From assembly GCF_009914755.1 (NCBI RefSeq), contig NC_060947.1: a DNA stretch of 64,000 bases. One strand, written 5' to 3'. Within the stretch, counting starts at the first letter, position 1. Each line of letters opens with the position of its first letter. Under the pieces are notes generated by a model. The model was not told the origin of the DNA, did no database searches, and worked only from the letters and a program-made list of their open reading frames with translations. Positions 52,775 through 64,000 of this stretch are shown piece after piece. Both the position numbers and the translations under genes were made by a program. The stretch comes from the human T2T-CHM13v2.0 reference genome, Homo sapiens.

Positions 52775-54545
52775 GTGATCATACTGACATGTACTACTCT
52801 TAACATTTTGATGGTCATACAGATTGTTAGTATTTTAATATACTTTTTCCAACCAAGTGATAAAATAATTGCTTGCCAAGGAACCTAGATGGCTTTTTAG
52901 GACCTTCTAGCTGGAAGTAATGACTTGAGTCCATAGGGAATTCTGCTCCCATTTGGTCTCCCACAGAGTCCCAGTCCATTCCGAGGCCTGCTGTTTCCTA
53001 AAGCATTTATCAGAAGAAATTGCCTCTAGGAGCTTCTGATATTCAGAACTCTCTCCAGGGTTGTTTCTCTCTATCTTTGTGTGAATGGTCTTGGTAGTGA
53101 GGCTGCAAAGGAAAACCATATAAAAGGGAGGGTTTGATGGGCAAATCCATCTTCAAAGTTTGGGAGTTTGCCTGGTGATCAGTGATCTCTTAAAACATAA
53201 CGAGTAATTTCTTAAAATATAATCCAACACTCAGGATTTAGGTAGTAAAACTGCTTCAGAAAAAAAGTATTGTACTTATTGCCTATTAAGCCATTTTTTC
53301 CTTCTTCAAATGTAGTTCTATATTTTATTTATATCTAAAACTTGTTTTCACATCAACTTCAGATTAGAATCAGGATGTGTAACTGATTTTCTTTTTGTAC
53401 AGATCTCGAAAGTGGTTTCTTAGCAGTCACTGAGTGATGACCAGGGTTTGACATGTGGGAAATAGAGCTGGACTTGTTCCCATTACAGCATACCCCAAAC
53501 TAGTTAATTACTGCCCATATATCAGGTTGAGTTTGGAGGAAAAAAGAAAAGAGAATTAGAAATAAAATAAGAAAGAAAAAAATGAAAAATATACTTTAGA
53601 ATATATTGCATCTGCTCTAAAATTGGGGTTATATAATGAAAATGCTAAGAAAATAAATCCTGTTTGACTGCCTACTCAATTACTTGTAACAGAATGCTGA
53701 AAATGTTTCTTATATTTCTGAGTGAGAGCCAAAGCTGACATTAATGGAGGGCAAGAGCTCAAATATTCTAATGGAATACTCTAGACATGTCATTGCAGAA
53801 AAAACAGTAACCAAGTTGGTTTCATGAATGCCAGTCATGTCTACCATATATGAAAATAAGCTGAAAATTCCTTAAGTAGATTTGTTTGTAGGAAGAACTT
53901 CACAGGAGTAGAGAAAGCTATGACATTCCCCTCCATCCCTCAATCCAAACAAATCTAATGGTCTCCAAGACACCCACCCATGGAAATTTTGATTCACCCC
54001 TGCTGGATTCTTACTTTGGTAGGCTCCCTGTTTAACACTGCTGGATTAGAGCACTAAAGAGTTCTTAGATAAACCTGACATGTCCTCAGGAATTTGGGAG
54101 AAAAACTAAAACTTCTCAAGAAAGTCTAAAGGCAAATGGCAGGGCAATGCTGCCTTTGATGGGAATTACAATTAGGTAAGTTGATTTCCATAATTTAGAA
54201 GCGTAAGATTGTGAATTTTCCTGTTGGCCACGTGAATACCTGTATTATTGAGGTTAATGCAAAGTTATGCTGTGGCTTAACAAAATGAGAATTTATTTCT
54301 CATTTATGCATTCTTTTGTGGTTAAAGTAGGCAGGTAGCTGTCTTCCATCCTGAAACTATGCCACCTGAACACATGGCTTCTAGGTTGCCATCTAGGATA
54401 AGAGTGGGATGAGGCACATTGCAATTGCTTGATGTGAGCAATATCCTTTTTGTCACCTTCGGCACCTCTATTAATTCATGCACACAAATGAATAATATGG
54501 CTACTTCTAAGTAGGGTAAAAATACTTGTAAAAATATACAAAGGG

Positions 54546-55080
54546 TGATACTTCCCAAAGGAATATAAATCATCATATGTTCATTGCAACAGTGTTCACA
54601 ATAGCAAAGACATCAAATCCACCTAAATGCCCCTAAATGATAGACTGGATAAAGAAAATGTGATACATATGCACCATGGAACACTATGCAGCCATAAAAA
54701 GGAACAAGATCATGTCCTTTGAAGGGACATGGATGGAGCTGGAAGCCATTATCCTCAACAAACTAACTTAGGAATAGAAGACCAAATGCTGCATGTTCTC
54801 ACTGATAAGTGGGAGCTGAATGATGAGAACACATGGACCCATAGAGGGGAACAACACACACTAGGGCCTGTTTGGAGGGCTGGGGGTGGGAGGAGAGAGA
54901 GCATCAGGAAGAATAGCTAATAGATACTGGGCTTAATACCTAGGTGATGGGATGATCTGTGCAGCAAACCACCATGGCACACATTTACCTATGTAACAAA
55001 CCTGCACATCCTGCACATGTACCCCTGAACTTAAAATAAAAGTTGGAAAAAACTAACTAACTAACTAACTAACTAACAAA
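54546..55080 (+). mobile_element. Older L1PA (about PA13-16) 3' end with (AACT)n tail
   Basis: 'ggatggagctggaagccattatcctca', 'gggcttaatacctaggtgatggg', 'cacatgtacccctgaacttaaaataaaagttg'. Confidence 0.9.
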
Positions 55081-55164
55081 AGAAACTCAGTTGATAATGC
55101 AAGATCTTCTCAAGAGGTTTTTGGGGCTCTTCAAAATAAAAGTACATTGCTATTTTAAAAGTAA

Positions 55165-55756
55165 ATACCATTCAAAATCTTAGTCACTTACAACTGTTTT
55201 GTTGTTATTATCATTGTTTTGTTTTGCTTTGTTTTGTTTTGTTTTGATGATTCTGTAATCTGACTTGTTCAGCTGGGCAGTTTGTCTGTTGCAAGTGATT
55301 CCTGGTTGGGTTGCAATCATCTGGAGGCTCCGCTAGGCTAGATTATACAAGATGCCTCATTCATAGGCCTGGCACATTAATGGGCATAGCTAAAGAGCTG
55401 AAATGATCGGACCTCTCTCTCTTTCTATGTAGTGTCAGGGCCTCTCCTCCTTGTAGAGGCAGGTTTCTCCATATGGTCTCTACACAACATCTCTCCAATA
55501 GGGCAGTCAAATTTTTTTATACGGCAGCTCAGCATTTCCAAGAACACAAAAGCATAGTGTTGCCAGGCCTTCTTAAAGCTTAAATCTGAAACTGGTACAA
55601 CATCCCTTTATTGCATTCCATTGGATAAAATGAGTCACAAAACCAGCTCAATTTCTTTGTGGAAGGGGAATACAAAAGGCTTTGGATACCAAAGCCTTGT
55701 ATAGACTTTGGAGACATGGTTCACTGGAGGCTGTCTTTGAGATTGCCTAGTACTGT
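55165..55756 (-). mobile_element. Old MLT1 (G/H-like) LTR
   Basis: 'cagctgggcagttt', 'tgccaggccttcttaaag', 'ttgcattccattgg...agtcaca', 'ctgtctttgaga'. Confidence 0.65.
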
Positions 55757-56124
55757 TACTCATCACAGCACTTCATTAAGGATTAGCATTCTGAAGCCCT
55801 AGGACACCATCCCCTCCTCCTTTCCTGAGCAGATGGCTACAGGGAAATGTTCTTGACCCAAGGCCTTAGTACTTGAAGAATGTGTATAGTCATTCAAAGA
55901 AGAGATCATACTCATGGTATTTGGGCATGGGAGAGAAGCAGAGCAGAATTTAATGTGTGTCTAGTATTTTCACAAGAGACTATCTTACGATGGAAAAATG
56001 TAGGGGTATAGAATCATGGAAAATACCTTTTAGCCATGGGTGAAATACATTAATATGTCCATTCTGAGAGTAAAGTTCTCTCTAGACACTCATGGCAATA
56101 GCCCAAGTTAAAAAAATTGGGGAA

Positions 56125-56383
56125 TGATGGCTTCCAACTTCATCCATGTCCCTATAAAGGACATGAACTCATCATTTTTTATGGCTGCATAGTATTCCAT
56201 GGTATATATGTGCCACATTTTCTTAATCCAGTCTATCATTGTTGGACATTTGGGTTGGTTCCAAGTCTTTGCTATTGTGAGTAATGGATGCAGCACACCA
56301 ACATGGCACATGTATACATATGTAACAAACATTCACGTTGTGCACATGTACCCTAGAACTTAAAGTATAATAAAAAATATATT
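56125..56383 (+). mobile_element. Short 5'-inverted L1PA (about PA4-6) insertion
   Basis: Antisense ORF2 C-terminal piece 56125-56281, then sense 3' terminus 56282-56383; TSD AAAAAATTGGGGAA (56111-56124, 56384-56397). Confidence 0.93.
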
Positions 56384-57269
56384 AAAAAATTGGGGAAACA
56401 ATTCTTCATAACTGCAGAGAAGTCTAATATTAGGTGTCTTAATTAATTAACCTATTCCTCCATTCACGTATATGGAACAGAAAAATAGCCCACAGTAAAA
56501 TAATGGAAAAACAATGTCATAAAAAAGAATGAAAATAAAAATTGTACCATACACATGTGCATGCACACACATGCAATGATACATAGGAAATCAAAGAAAA
56601 TTTAGATAAAATAATGAAATTATCTGATATCAAGTGATTTGAATTTATATAGTAATTGTAAAGAAAATAAACTGTTATTTTAAAAGCTAGGGGAAAAAGA
56701 ATTGCAGCAAATTAATATATATTATTTATGGCATTAAAAAATAATAATTTTAGGCACAAAGTGGATTATAGCCAGGTAGTGATAAAGACTGAATCTGTTT
56801 TCTAGAAGATAAAACTGAGTAAATTATGCAGATTATAAGACTAAACAAATATACATGAAATATTAGATGGAAGTTAATAGGAAAGAATAATTTCTCCAGA
56901 AGATATACAACAGGAATTCTAGAAGCCCAAAGCACAGGTAATGGAGGGTACTGGAGGGGAAGAAATAATCAATTAAGAGAAATATCATATTAAATAATAT
57001 TTTTCAGATTTAAACCCATACTAACAGAAATAAAAAAGAGCCCAAGATATTTTTAGGATGTAGTCATTTGATTTTGTCACTTGAGCATTCTCATTTAACT
57101 AATGGGTATTTAGTGACCCATAGAAGCAAACTTCAATCGATACTCCTTATTTTGAGAGAACTTCAGGCATGAAGCTTGAGTTCCCTGACACTGTCATGAA
57201 AACATGGTTCCCTGTGGCAAAGTTATTTGGCTAATCAATATTATGATCATTCTTGAGCAACCTATTTAT

Positions 57270-58565
57270 AATAATAGCTAACATTTCCTGGGGTCTGCCT
57301 GTGTGCCAGGCACTGTCCTAAGTACCTAAAATAGATTACATCCTTTAATCTCTACAGAAACCCTAAGTGGTAGGTAGGGAAACGTCCAGATTTTCTGGGA
57401 CCTAAGGCTAATATAAGGCACTCTTCATTAAAAACAGTATAACATTGTCAACACAAAAACTGGTATGAAAGCAAGTATTTATTTGTTTGTTTTTTATTTT
57501 AGATTCAGGGGGTTCACATGCAGGTTTTTTACATGGATATATTACGTGACGCTGAGGTTTAGGCTTCAACTGAACCCACCACTCAGATAGTGAACATAGT
57601 ACCCAATAGGTAATTTTTCAGCCCTTTCCACCCTCCTTTTCTCTTCTCTTTTGGAGTCCCAGGGTCTATTGTTTCCATATTTATGTCCGTACATACCCAA
57701 TGTTTACCTCCACTTATAAGTGAGAACATACAGTATTTGGTTTTCTGTTCATGTGTTAATTCACTTAGGATAATGGCCTCCAGCTGCATCTATGTTGCTG
57801 ACTAGGACATATTGTTTTTTATGGCTGCATAGTAGTCAATGGTGATATGTGCCACATTTTTTTTATCCAATCCACCATTAATGGACACTTAGGTAGATTC
57901 CATTACTTTGCTATTGTAAGTAGTACTCTAATACCCATGTGAGTATATGTGTCTTTTTGGTCTTGTGATCTTGGTATATGTGATCTTTGGTCTTTTGTGT
58001 CTTTTCAATTTATTTTCCTGTGGAGATATGCTCAGTAATAAGATTGCTATATCAAATAATAATTTTATTTTTAGTTCTTTGAAAAATCTCCAAACTGCTT
58101 TCCAAAGGGACTGAACTAATTTACATTCCCATTAACAGTGTATAAGAGTTCCCTTTTCTCTGCAACCTTGCCAGCATCTGGTTTTTTTGTTTTGTCTTTT
58201 TAATAATAGCCACTCTGACTGGTATAAGATGGTATCTCATTGTGGTTTTGTTTTGAAAGTAAATATTTATTTGAATGGGAAAAGATGCCATGGCGAATTA
58301 TTGGAGCATTGGAACTGGTCCTTTTGAGAAATTTTAGTTAATTTTCCAGAAATCACTTTTATATAATGTGTTCACTTAGCCCTGACTTGCTTCCTTGATT
58401 GCTTAGGACCTCACACATAGGCAGAACCCTGAAGTTTAAGTTCCATTCGCTTCATGGTAAATTCACCTTGAGAGATGACTACTAGTATACTCGCAAGTTA
58501 ATGGAGGCACAGAGTAGCAGAGCCAGGATTCAAATCCAGGCTGTCTGGTTCCTTTAGCTGCCATA
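57270..58565. mobile_element. MIR split by a MER96B-like hAT element (about 57377-58471)
   Basis: MIR halves 'aatagctaacattt...tgtgccaggcactgtcctaag' and 'gcagagccaggattcaaatccaggctgtctgg'; hAT ends 'tccagattttctgggacctaaggct' and 'gcttcatggtaaattcacc'. Confidence 0.6.
57486..58254 (-). mobile_element. Older L1PA (about PA15-16) 3' fragment
   Basis: 'cccacttataagtgagaacatacagtatttgg', 'agatggtatctcattgtggttttg'; TSD GAAAG(C/T)AA(G/A)TATTTATTTG at about 57467 and 58255. Confidence 0.9.
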
Positions 58566-59748
58566 TTTTATTATTGCCAATCACTAGGCCCTTTCCTGAA
58601 AGACACCATCAAGAACTGTTCTGAGGAAGAGCAAGTTAAGTTTGCATATCACCTGATTAAAATCGTGTCTTTTTACATTAAGAATATTGCTTTTTATGTT
58701 ATTGATATATTCATGTCCATTGATAAAATCAGGAGTACCTTTTCCTTTTTGTTGTGCTTGTCAAGTGTTCCTGATAGAGACCTTGGGTCTAGGTTTTTCA
58801 AGACTCTCAGTCACCAAGTTAAAAAAAAATGACACTGGAGATCATAAACTTTGATATCATTGAAGCTTCCAATTTTCATACAGAGTGCTTGAATGAGGGC
58901 AGGTGAAATGATGAATCTGTCTCCATATTCAATTGGAAATAGCGAAGGAAGTGGGCTCCTTGACTAGAACCTTTGTTTACTGAAACTTCCACCTCACTGT
59001 GATCAAAAGAATATGTGTGGCCAACAGCGGGAAGTTTGGCAGACGTAAAACAACTCTTTGGTGAATGTGATTTACATAACCATGATGTTTTTTTTTTTCT
59101 CTTGGGTTTAATGCTTTTAATTCAACTTAAAGCAAAATACAACATATTTATTCCAATCTCATGTAATGTGAAATACTGAGATCAGAGAGACAGCAGGGAG
59201 TCAGACTATGCAGGCTATAGTAATTATGTTGACTTTCATAATGAAGAAAGAAGGGGAGCCACAATCATGTTCTAAATAGAAGTATGATATCTTCAAGCAC
59301 CTATTAAATTAAACACCTGAGACATTGTACTAAGAATGCACATTAGGGGTCAAGGGGCTGAAAAATTAGGCTAAATTTAAAAATATTACAATAATTATGG
59401 CTAAAATTGTGGTAACCTGGACCAGAGATGATAATAACTTGATATCTGTCCAGATGGCTAGGAGAGGTTGACTTTGGTAGCTACTCTGAAAGTAGAACAA
59501 GTAGGATTTGTTGGGGTATGATATGAAGGGAGGTAAGAGCAAAAGAATAAGGATGACTATTTTGGAACTGGTAATGCTGATAGGATAGAGCTGTTAGTTA
59601 TAGTCATGGGAAGGACTGCAGCAAGTTACATGAGGGAGACAGGGTAATCTTGAGATGGTGAGGTTGTGATTTTTGGGGACAAAGGAAGGAGAGATATCGC
59701 TGTTATGAAGAACACTGGTCTCTGGGGCCTGTCTTTTCTCTTGCAATC

Positions 59749-60112
59749 TTCTAGAGTCTGAATGTTTGTGTCCCCACAAAATTTATGTGTTGCTATGCTA
59801 ATCCTCAAGGTGATGACTTTAGAAGCTGAAGCTTTCGGGGGGTGATTAGAGGAAGAGGGCAGAGATAACCCTCATGAATGGAATTGGTGCCCTTAAAAAG
59901 AGGACCCAGGTAGCTGCCTTGCCCTTTCTACCATGTGAGGATGCAGCAATACATCGCCATCTGTGAAGAGCAGGCCTTTCCCAGATACTAAATATGCCAG
60001 GGCCTTGATCTTGAAGGTCCCAACACCCAGAGCTGTGAGAAATAAATTTCTGTTGTTTATGAGCCACCTAGTTTTTGACATTTTCCTGTAGCAGTCCAGA
60101 CGGACTGGGACA
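59749..60112 (+). mobile_element. MLT1A-like solo LTR
   Basis: 'ctgaatgtttgtgtcccc', 'ccctcatgaatgg', 'ctgtgagaaataaatttctgttgtttat'; TSD CAATC/CAACC. Confidence 0.85.
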
Positions 60113-60161
60113 CAACCACATGTGAAGGTATGGAAGAGCCTTCTGAACACTAAGTGACTGA

Positions 60162-60617
<456 letters not shown>

Positions 60618-61509
60618 AATAAGCATGTTCTTAATTTTAGAGACTCAGCATACAATTACTTAAACAACAGGTTTCATTAGTGAATTATTATTGAATCCAA
60701 AACAGGTACACTTTTGATTTTGTATCACTATATATATGTAATTTGAATGAAACCTGAGTTAGATTTTTTACATGCTTTATTAATACATGTATGTCATTAA
60801 AGTGGATCAAGGTCAGAATACAGTGAAGACTAAGTAAGAGCATAATAAGTTTTATAAACATTTATTTTCTCCTTTTTGGAACACATATCAGAAAGTTTAA
60901 GAAAAAATTATAAATGATTAAATGATATTGCAAATAACACGATTGTGGTAAATGTATTCAGCCTCTTTTAAGTATATTTTTAGATACGAAACCACCATGG
61001 AAAACCAAAAAACAAATCAAGGAAATAATTCAAGATGCATAAGACTTTTCACATGAGGAAAGAGAGATACTTTATGAAGACTGATTTTATGTGATTTACC
61101 ACTAGAATGCAACAAATCAATAGGGCCTTTATATAAAAAGTCATACTTCAGAGAGTTTTACTCTAAGCATCACTGTTTTAAGCCAACCTATGATTTAATC
61201 ATTTTATGTTTGACAGAATCAAATGATAATTCACAGACCATAATGAACACAGCTGTGCTTAGCCCTTTTTGTCATGCTGTGTCTACAAGAAACTACAATG
61301 TCTCAGAGGTTCAGCTAGCCTTCAAGATGGCTTATCCATGTACAGATAGTCATTCAGATTTGGGGTAATTAGTATACTGATATTGAATTTCTATTCGTTT
61401 TTGCTTTGAGAGCCCATTCAGTGAATGAAACTGATTGAGATGCCACTCATTTGTTCTCCCAATGCACTTGGTGCATACCTCCATCTCAACCATTTTCATG
61501 CGCTATGTT

Positions 61510-61730
61510 AGAAGTCGGCAAATTTTTTATGTAAAGTGGCAGATAGCAAATATTTTCAGCTTTGTAGGTCATATGGTCTCTGTTGCAACTATTCAAGTCT
61601 GTCCTTGTAGCTTGATAACAGCCATTGAAAACAATTTTAAAAATAGATGTGCCTGTGTTCCAATAAAACTCTATTTACAAAAACAGTGGCACTCCAAATA
61701 TGGCTCACAGATGGCAGTTTGCCATCCACT
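61510..61730 (+). mobile_element. MER58A
   Basis: 'cagatagcaaatattttcagctttgtagg...ctgtgttccaataaaactctatttacaaaaacag'. Confidence 0.82.
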
Positions 61731-62117
61731 GTTCTATTACAATTTGCCTATATATCTCCTTCATTAACTTTACTTGATAGCAAGCATCATTTCAGGTTTA
61801 TATTCTGGTTTCCAGAACATGTAGTATGTGAAACGTAGATATGCAATAAATGTTAAACAGAATACTGATTTCTTATGAAAATTAATTATTCTAAATTTCT
61901 TTATGATTACGATGATGTAATGTTAGAATAGTGTTCAGAATATTTCTGAAGTACTCTATACAAGTTCTAAAGCCCAATGGAAAAATACAACTAATACTTA
62001 CTGATTTTTAAATAACCGTTTTGCAAAGACATAGTTTTTCCCTTAATGTAATATATTTTATTTTTAAAATAGATAGCTTGATTGTAGAAAAATTAGAAAT
62101 TAGTGTTTTAAAAAAAA

Positions 62118-64000
62118 CTTTTAGGTTAAGGGGTACATGTACAGGTTTGTTATTTAGGTAAATTGCATGTCAGAAGGTTTTGTATGCAGATTATTTCATG
62201 ACCCAAGTGATAAGCATAGTATCTGAGAGGTAGTTTTTTGATCCTCACCCTCCTACCACCCTCCACCCTCAAGTAGGCCCTGGTGTCTACTGTTACCTTC
62301 ATTGTGTCCATGTGTACTCAATGTTTAGCTCCCACTTATAAGTGAGAACATGTGGTATTTGGTTTTCTGTTCTTGAATTAGTTCACTTAGGACAATGGCC
62401 TCTAGCTCCATCCATGTTGCTGCAAAGGACATTATCTCATTATTTGTCAAAGGACGTAATCTCATTATTTTTTGGGCTGTGTACTATACCATATGTATAT
62501 GTACCACATTTTCTTCATCTGGTCTACCGCTGATGGGCATTTAGGTTGATTTTTCATGTCTTTGCTATTGTGAATACTGCTGCAATGCAGATATGAGTGC
62601 ATGTCTTTATGGTAGAATGATTTATAGTCCTTTGGATACATATCTGATGATGAAATTGCTGGGTCAAATGGTAGTTCAGTTTTAAGTTCTTTGAGAAATT
62701 ACAAAACTGCTTTCCACAGTTTTGGGGAAAATTTTTTTGCTAAATTAATTTACATTCCCACCAACAGCGTGTATGCATTCCCTTTTCTCTGCAGCCTCAC
62801 CAGCATCTGTTATTTTTTTAATTTTTAGTAACACCCATTCTGACTGGTGTGAGATGGTATCTCATTGTGGTTTTGATTTGCATTTCTCTGATAAATGGTG
62901 AGGTTGAGTATTTTTTCATATGCTTGTTGGCCAAGTGCATGTCTTCATTTGAAAAGCGTGTGTTCATGTTCTTTGTCCTCATTTTAATGAGGTTGTCGGT
63001 TTTCTGCTTGTTAATTTGTTTACATTCCTTATAGATTCTGGATGTTAGACCTTTGTTGGATGCAGAATTTGCAAATGTTTTCTCCAACGCCATACGTGGT
63101 CTGTTTACTCTGTTGATAGTTTATTTTACTGTACAGAATACTATAATGTATTTTAATTAGGTCCCACTTGCCAATTTTTGTTTTTGTTGCAATTGCTTTT
63201 GGCATCTTCATCATGAAATCATTCCAGGGCATGTGTTCAGAATAGTATTTCCTAGATTTTCTTCTAGGGTTTTTATAGTGTTAGGTTTTACATTTAAATC
63301 TTTAAGCTATCTTGAGTTGATTTTTGTACGTGGTGAGTAGAAGGAGTCCAGTTTCAATCTTCTGCATATGGCTAGCCAGTCGTCTGAGCACCATTTTATT
63401 GAACAGGGAGTCCTTTCCCCATTGCTTATTTTTGTCAAGTTTATGAAAGAATAGATGGTTGTAGGTGTGCAGCTTTATTTCTGGACTCTGTATTCTGTTC
63501 CATTTGTCAATGAGTCTGTTTTTGTACCAGTACCATACTATTTTGGTTACTCTAGTCTTGCAGTATAGTTTGAAGTTGCATAATGTGATGCCTCCAGCTT
63601 TCTTTCTTTCTTTCTTCTTTCTTTCTTCTTCTTCTTTTTTTTTTTTTTTTTTGACAGAGTCTCACTCTGTCACCAGGCTGGAGTGCAGTTTTTGCTTAGG
63701 ATTCCTTTGGCTATTCAGGCTCATTTTCTGTTCCATATGAATTTTAGGATAGTCTTTTTCTAATTCTGTGAAAAATGCCATTGGTGGTTTGATAGGCATA
63801 GCATTGATTTTGTAAATTGCTTTGGGTAGTATGGCCATTTTAACAACATTGATTATTCCTATCCATGAGCATGGAATGTTTTTCCATTTGTCTGTGTCAT
63901 CTCTGATTTCTTTCACCAGGGTTTTATAATTTTCATTGTAGAGATCTTTTGCCTCCCTGGTTAGCTTTATTCCTAGGTACTTTTATGTGGGGCCATTGTG
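62118..64000 (-). mobile_element. Older L1PA (about PA13-16) 3'UTR and ORF2 C-terminal part, running off the window end
   Basis: Minus-strand ORF fragments '[16 protein letters not shown]' and '[14 protein letters not shown]...[10 protein letters not shown]' are L1 ORF2; disrupted. Confidence 0.95.
63602..63689 (-). mobile_element. Severely 5'-truncated Alu (about 37 nt body plus tail)
   Basis: (CTTT/CTT)n-T tract then 'gacagagtctcactctgtcaccaggctggagtgcagt'. Confidence 0.85.

Overview
AT-rich, repeat-dense primate genomic DNA, almost certainly human, since it carries a full-length SVA with SVA_E-type SINE-R wording as recalled from the consensus. I find no supportable protein-coding exon, tRNA, rRNA or CRISPR array; the six-frame ORFs fall in repeats or look like chance ORFs. 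About 4.2-25 kb is a nearly continuous stack of L1s (mostly + strand) with Tigger1, Alus, MER58/MER5 and a young 3.05 kb SVA. The SVA has a perfect 12-bp TSD, an extra 5' G and a 515-bp higher-order VNTR duplication. 26.9-37.3 kb holds a THE1 provirus with an intact DUX4-type motif, an ERV1 relic and a rearranged L1 with a twin-priming-type inversion. 37.3-48 kb is largely unique sequence with candidate minus-strand non-coding exons downstream of a THE1 LTR nested in a MER50 LTR. 48-64 kb is again LTR/L1/Alu/MIR/L2 rich. Subfamily names come from recalled consensus motifs, not alignments. No genuinely new biological system is demonstrable from sequence alone. The best leads are the SVA allele, a hypothetical THE1-driven spliced lncRNA, and several retrotransposition and repair scars.
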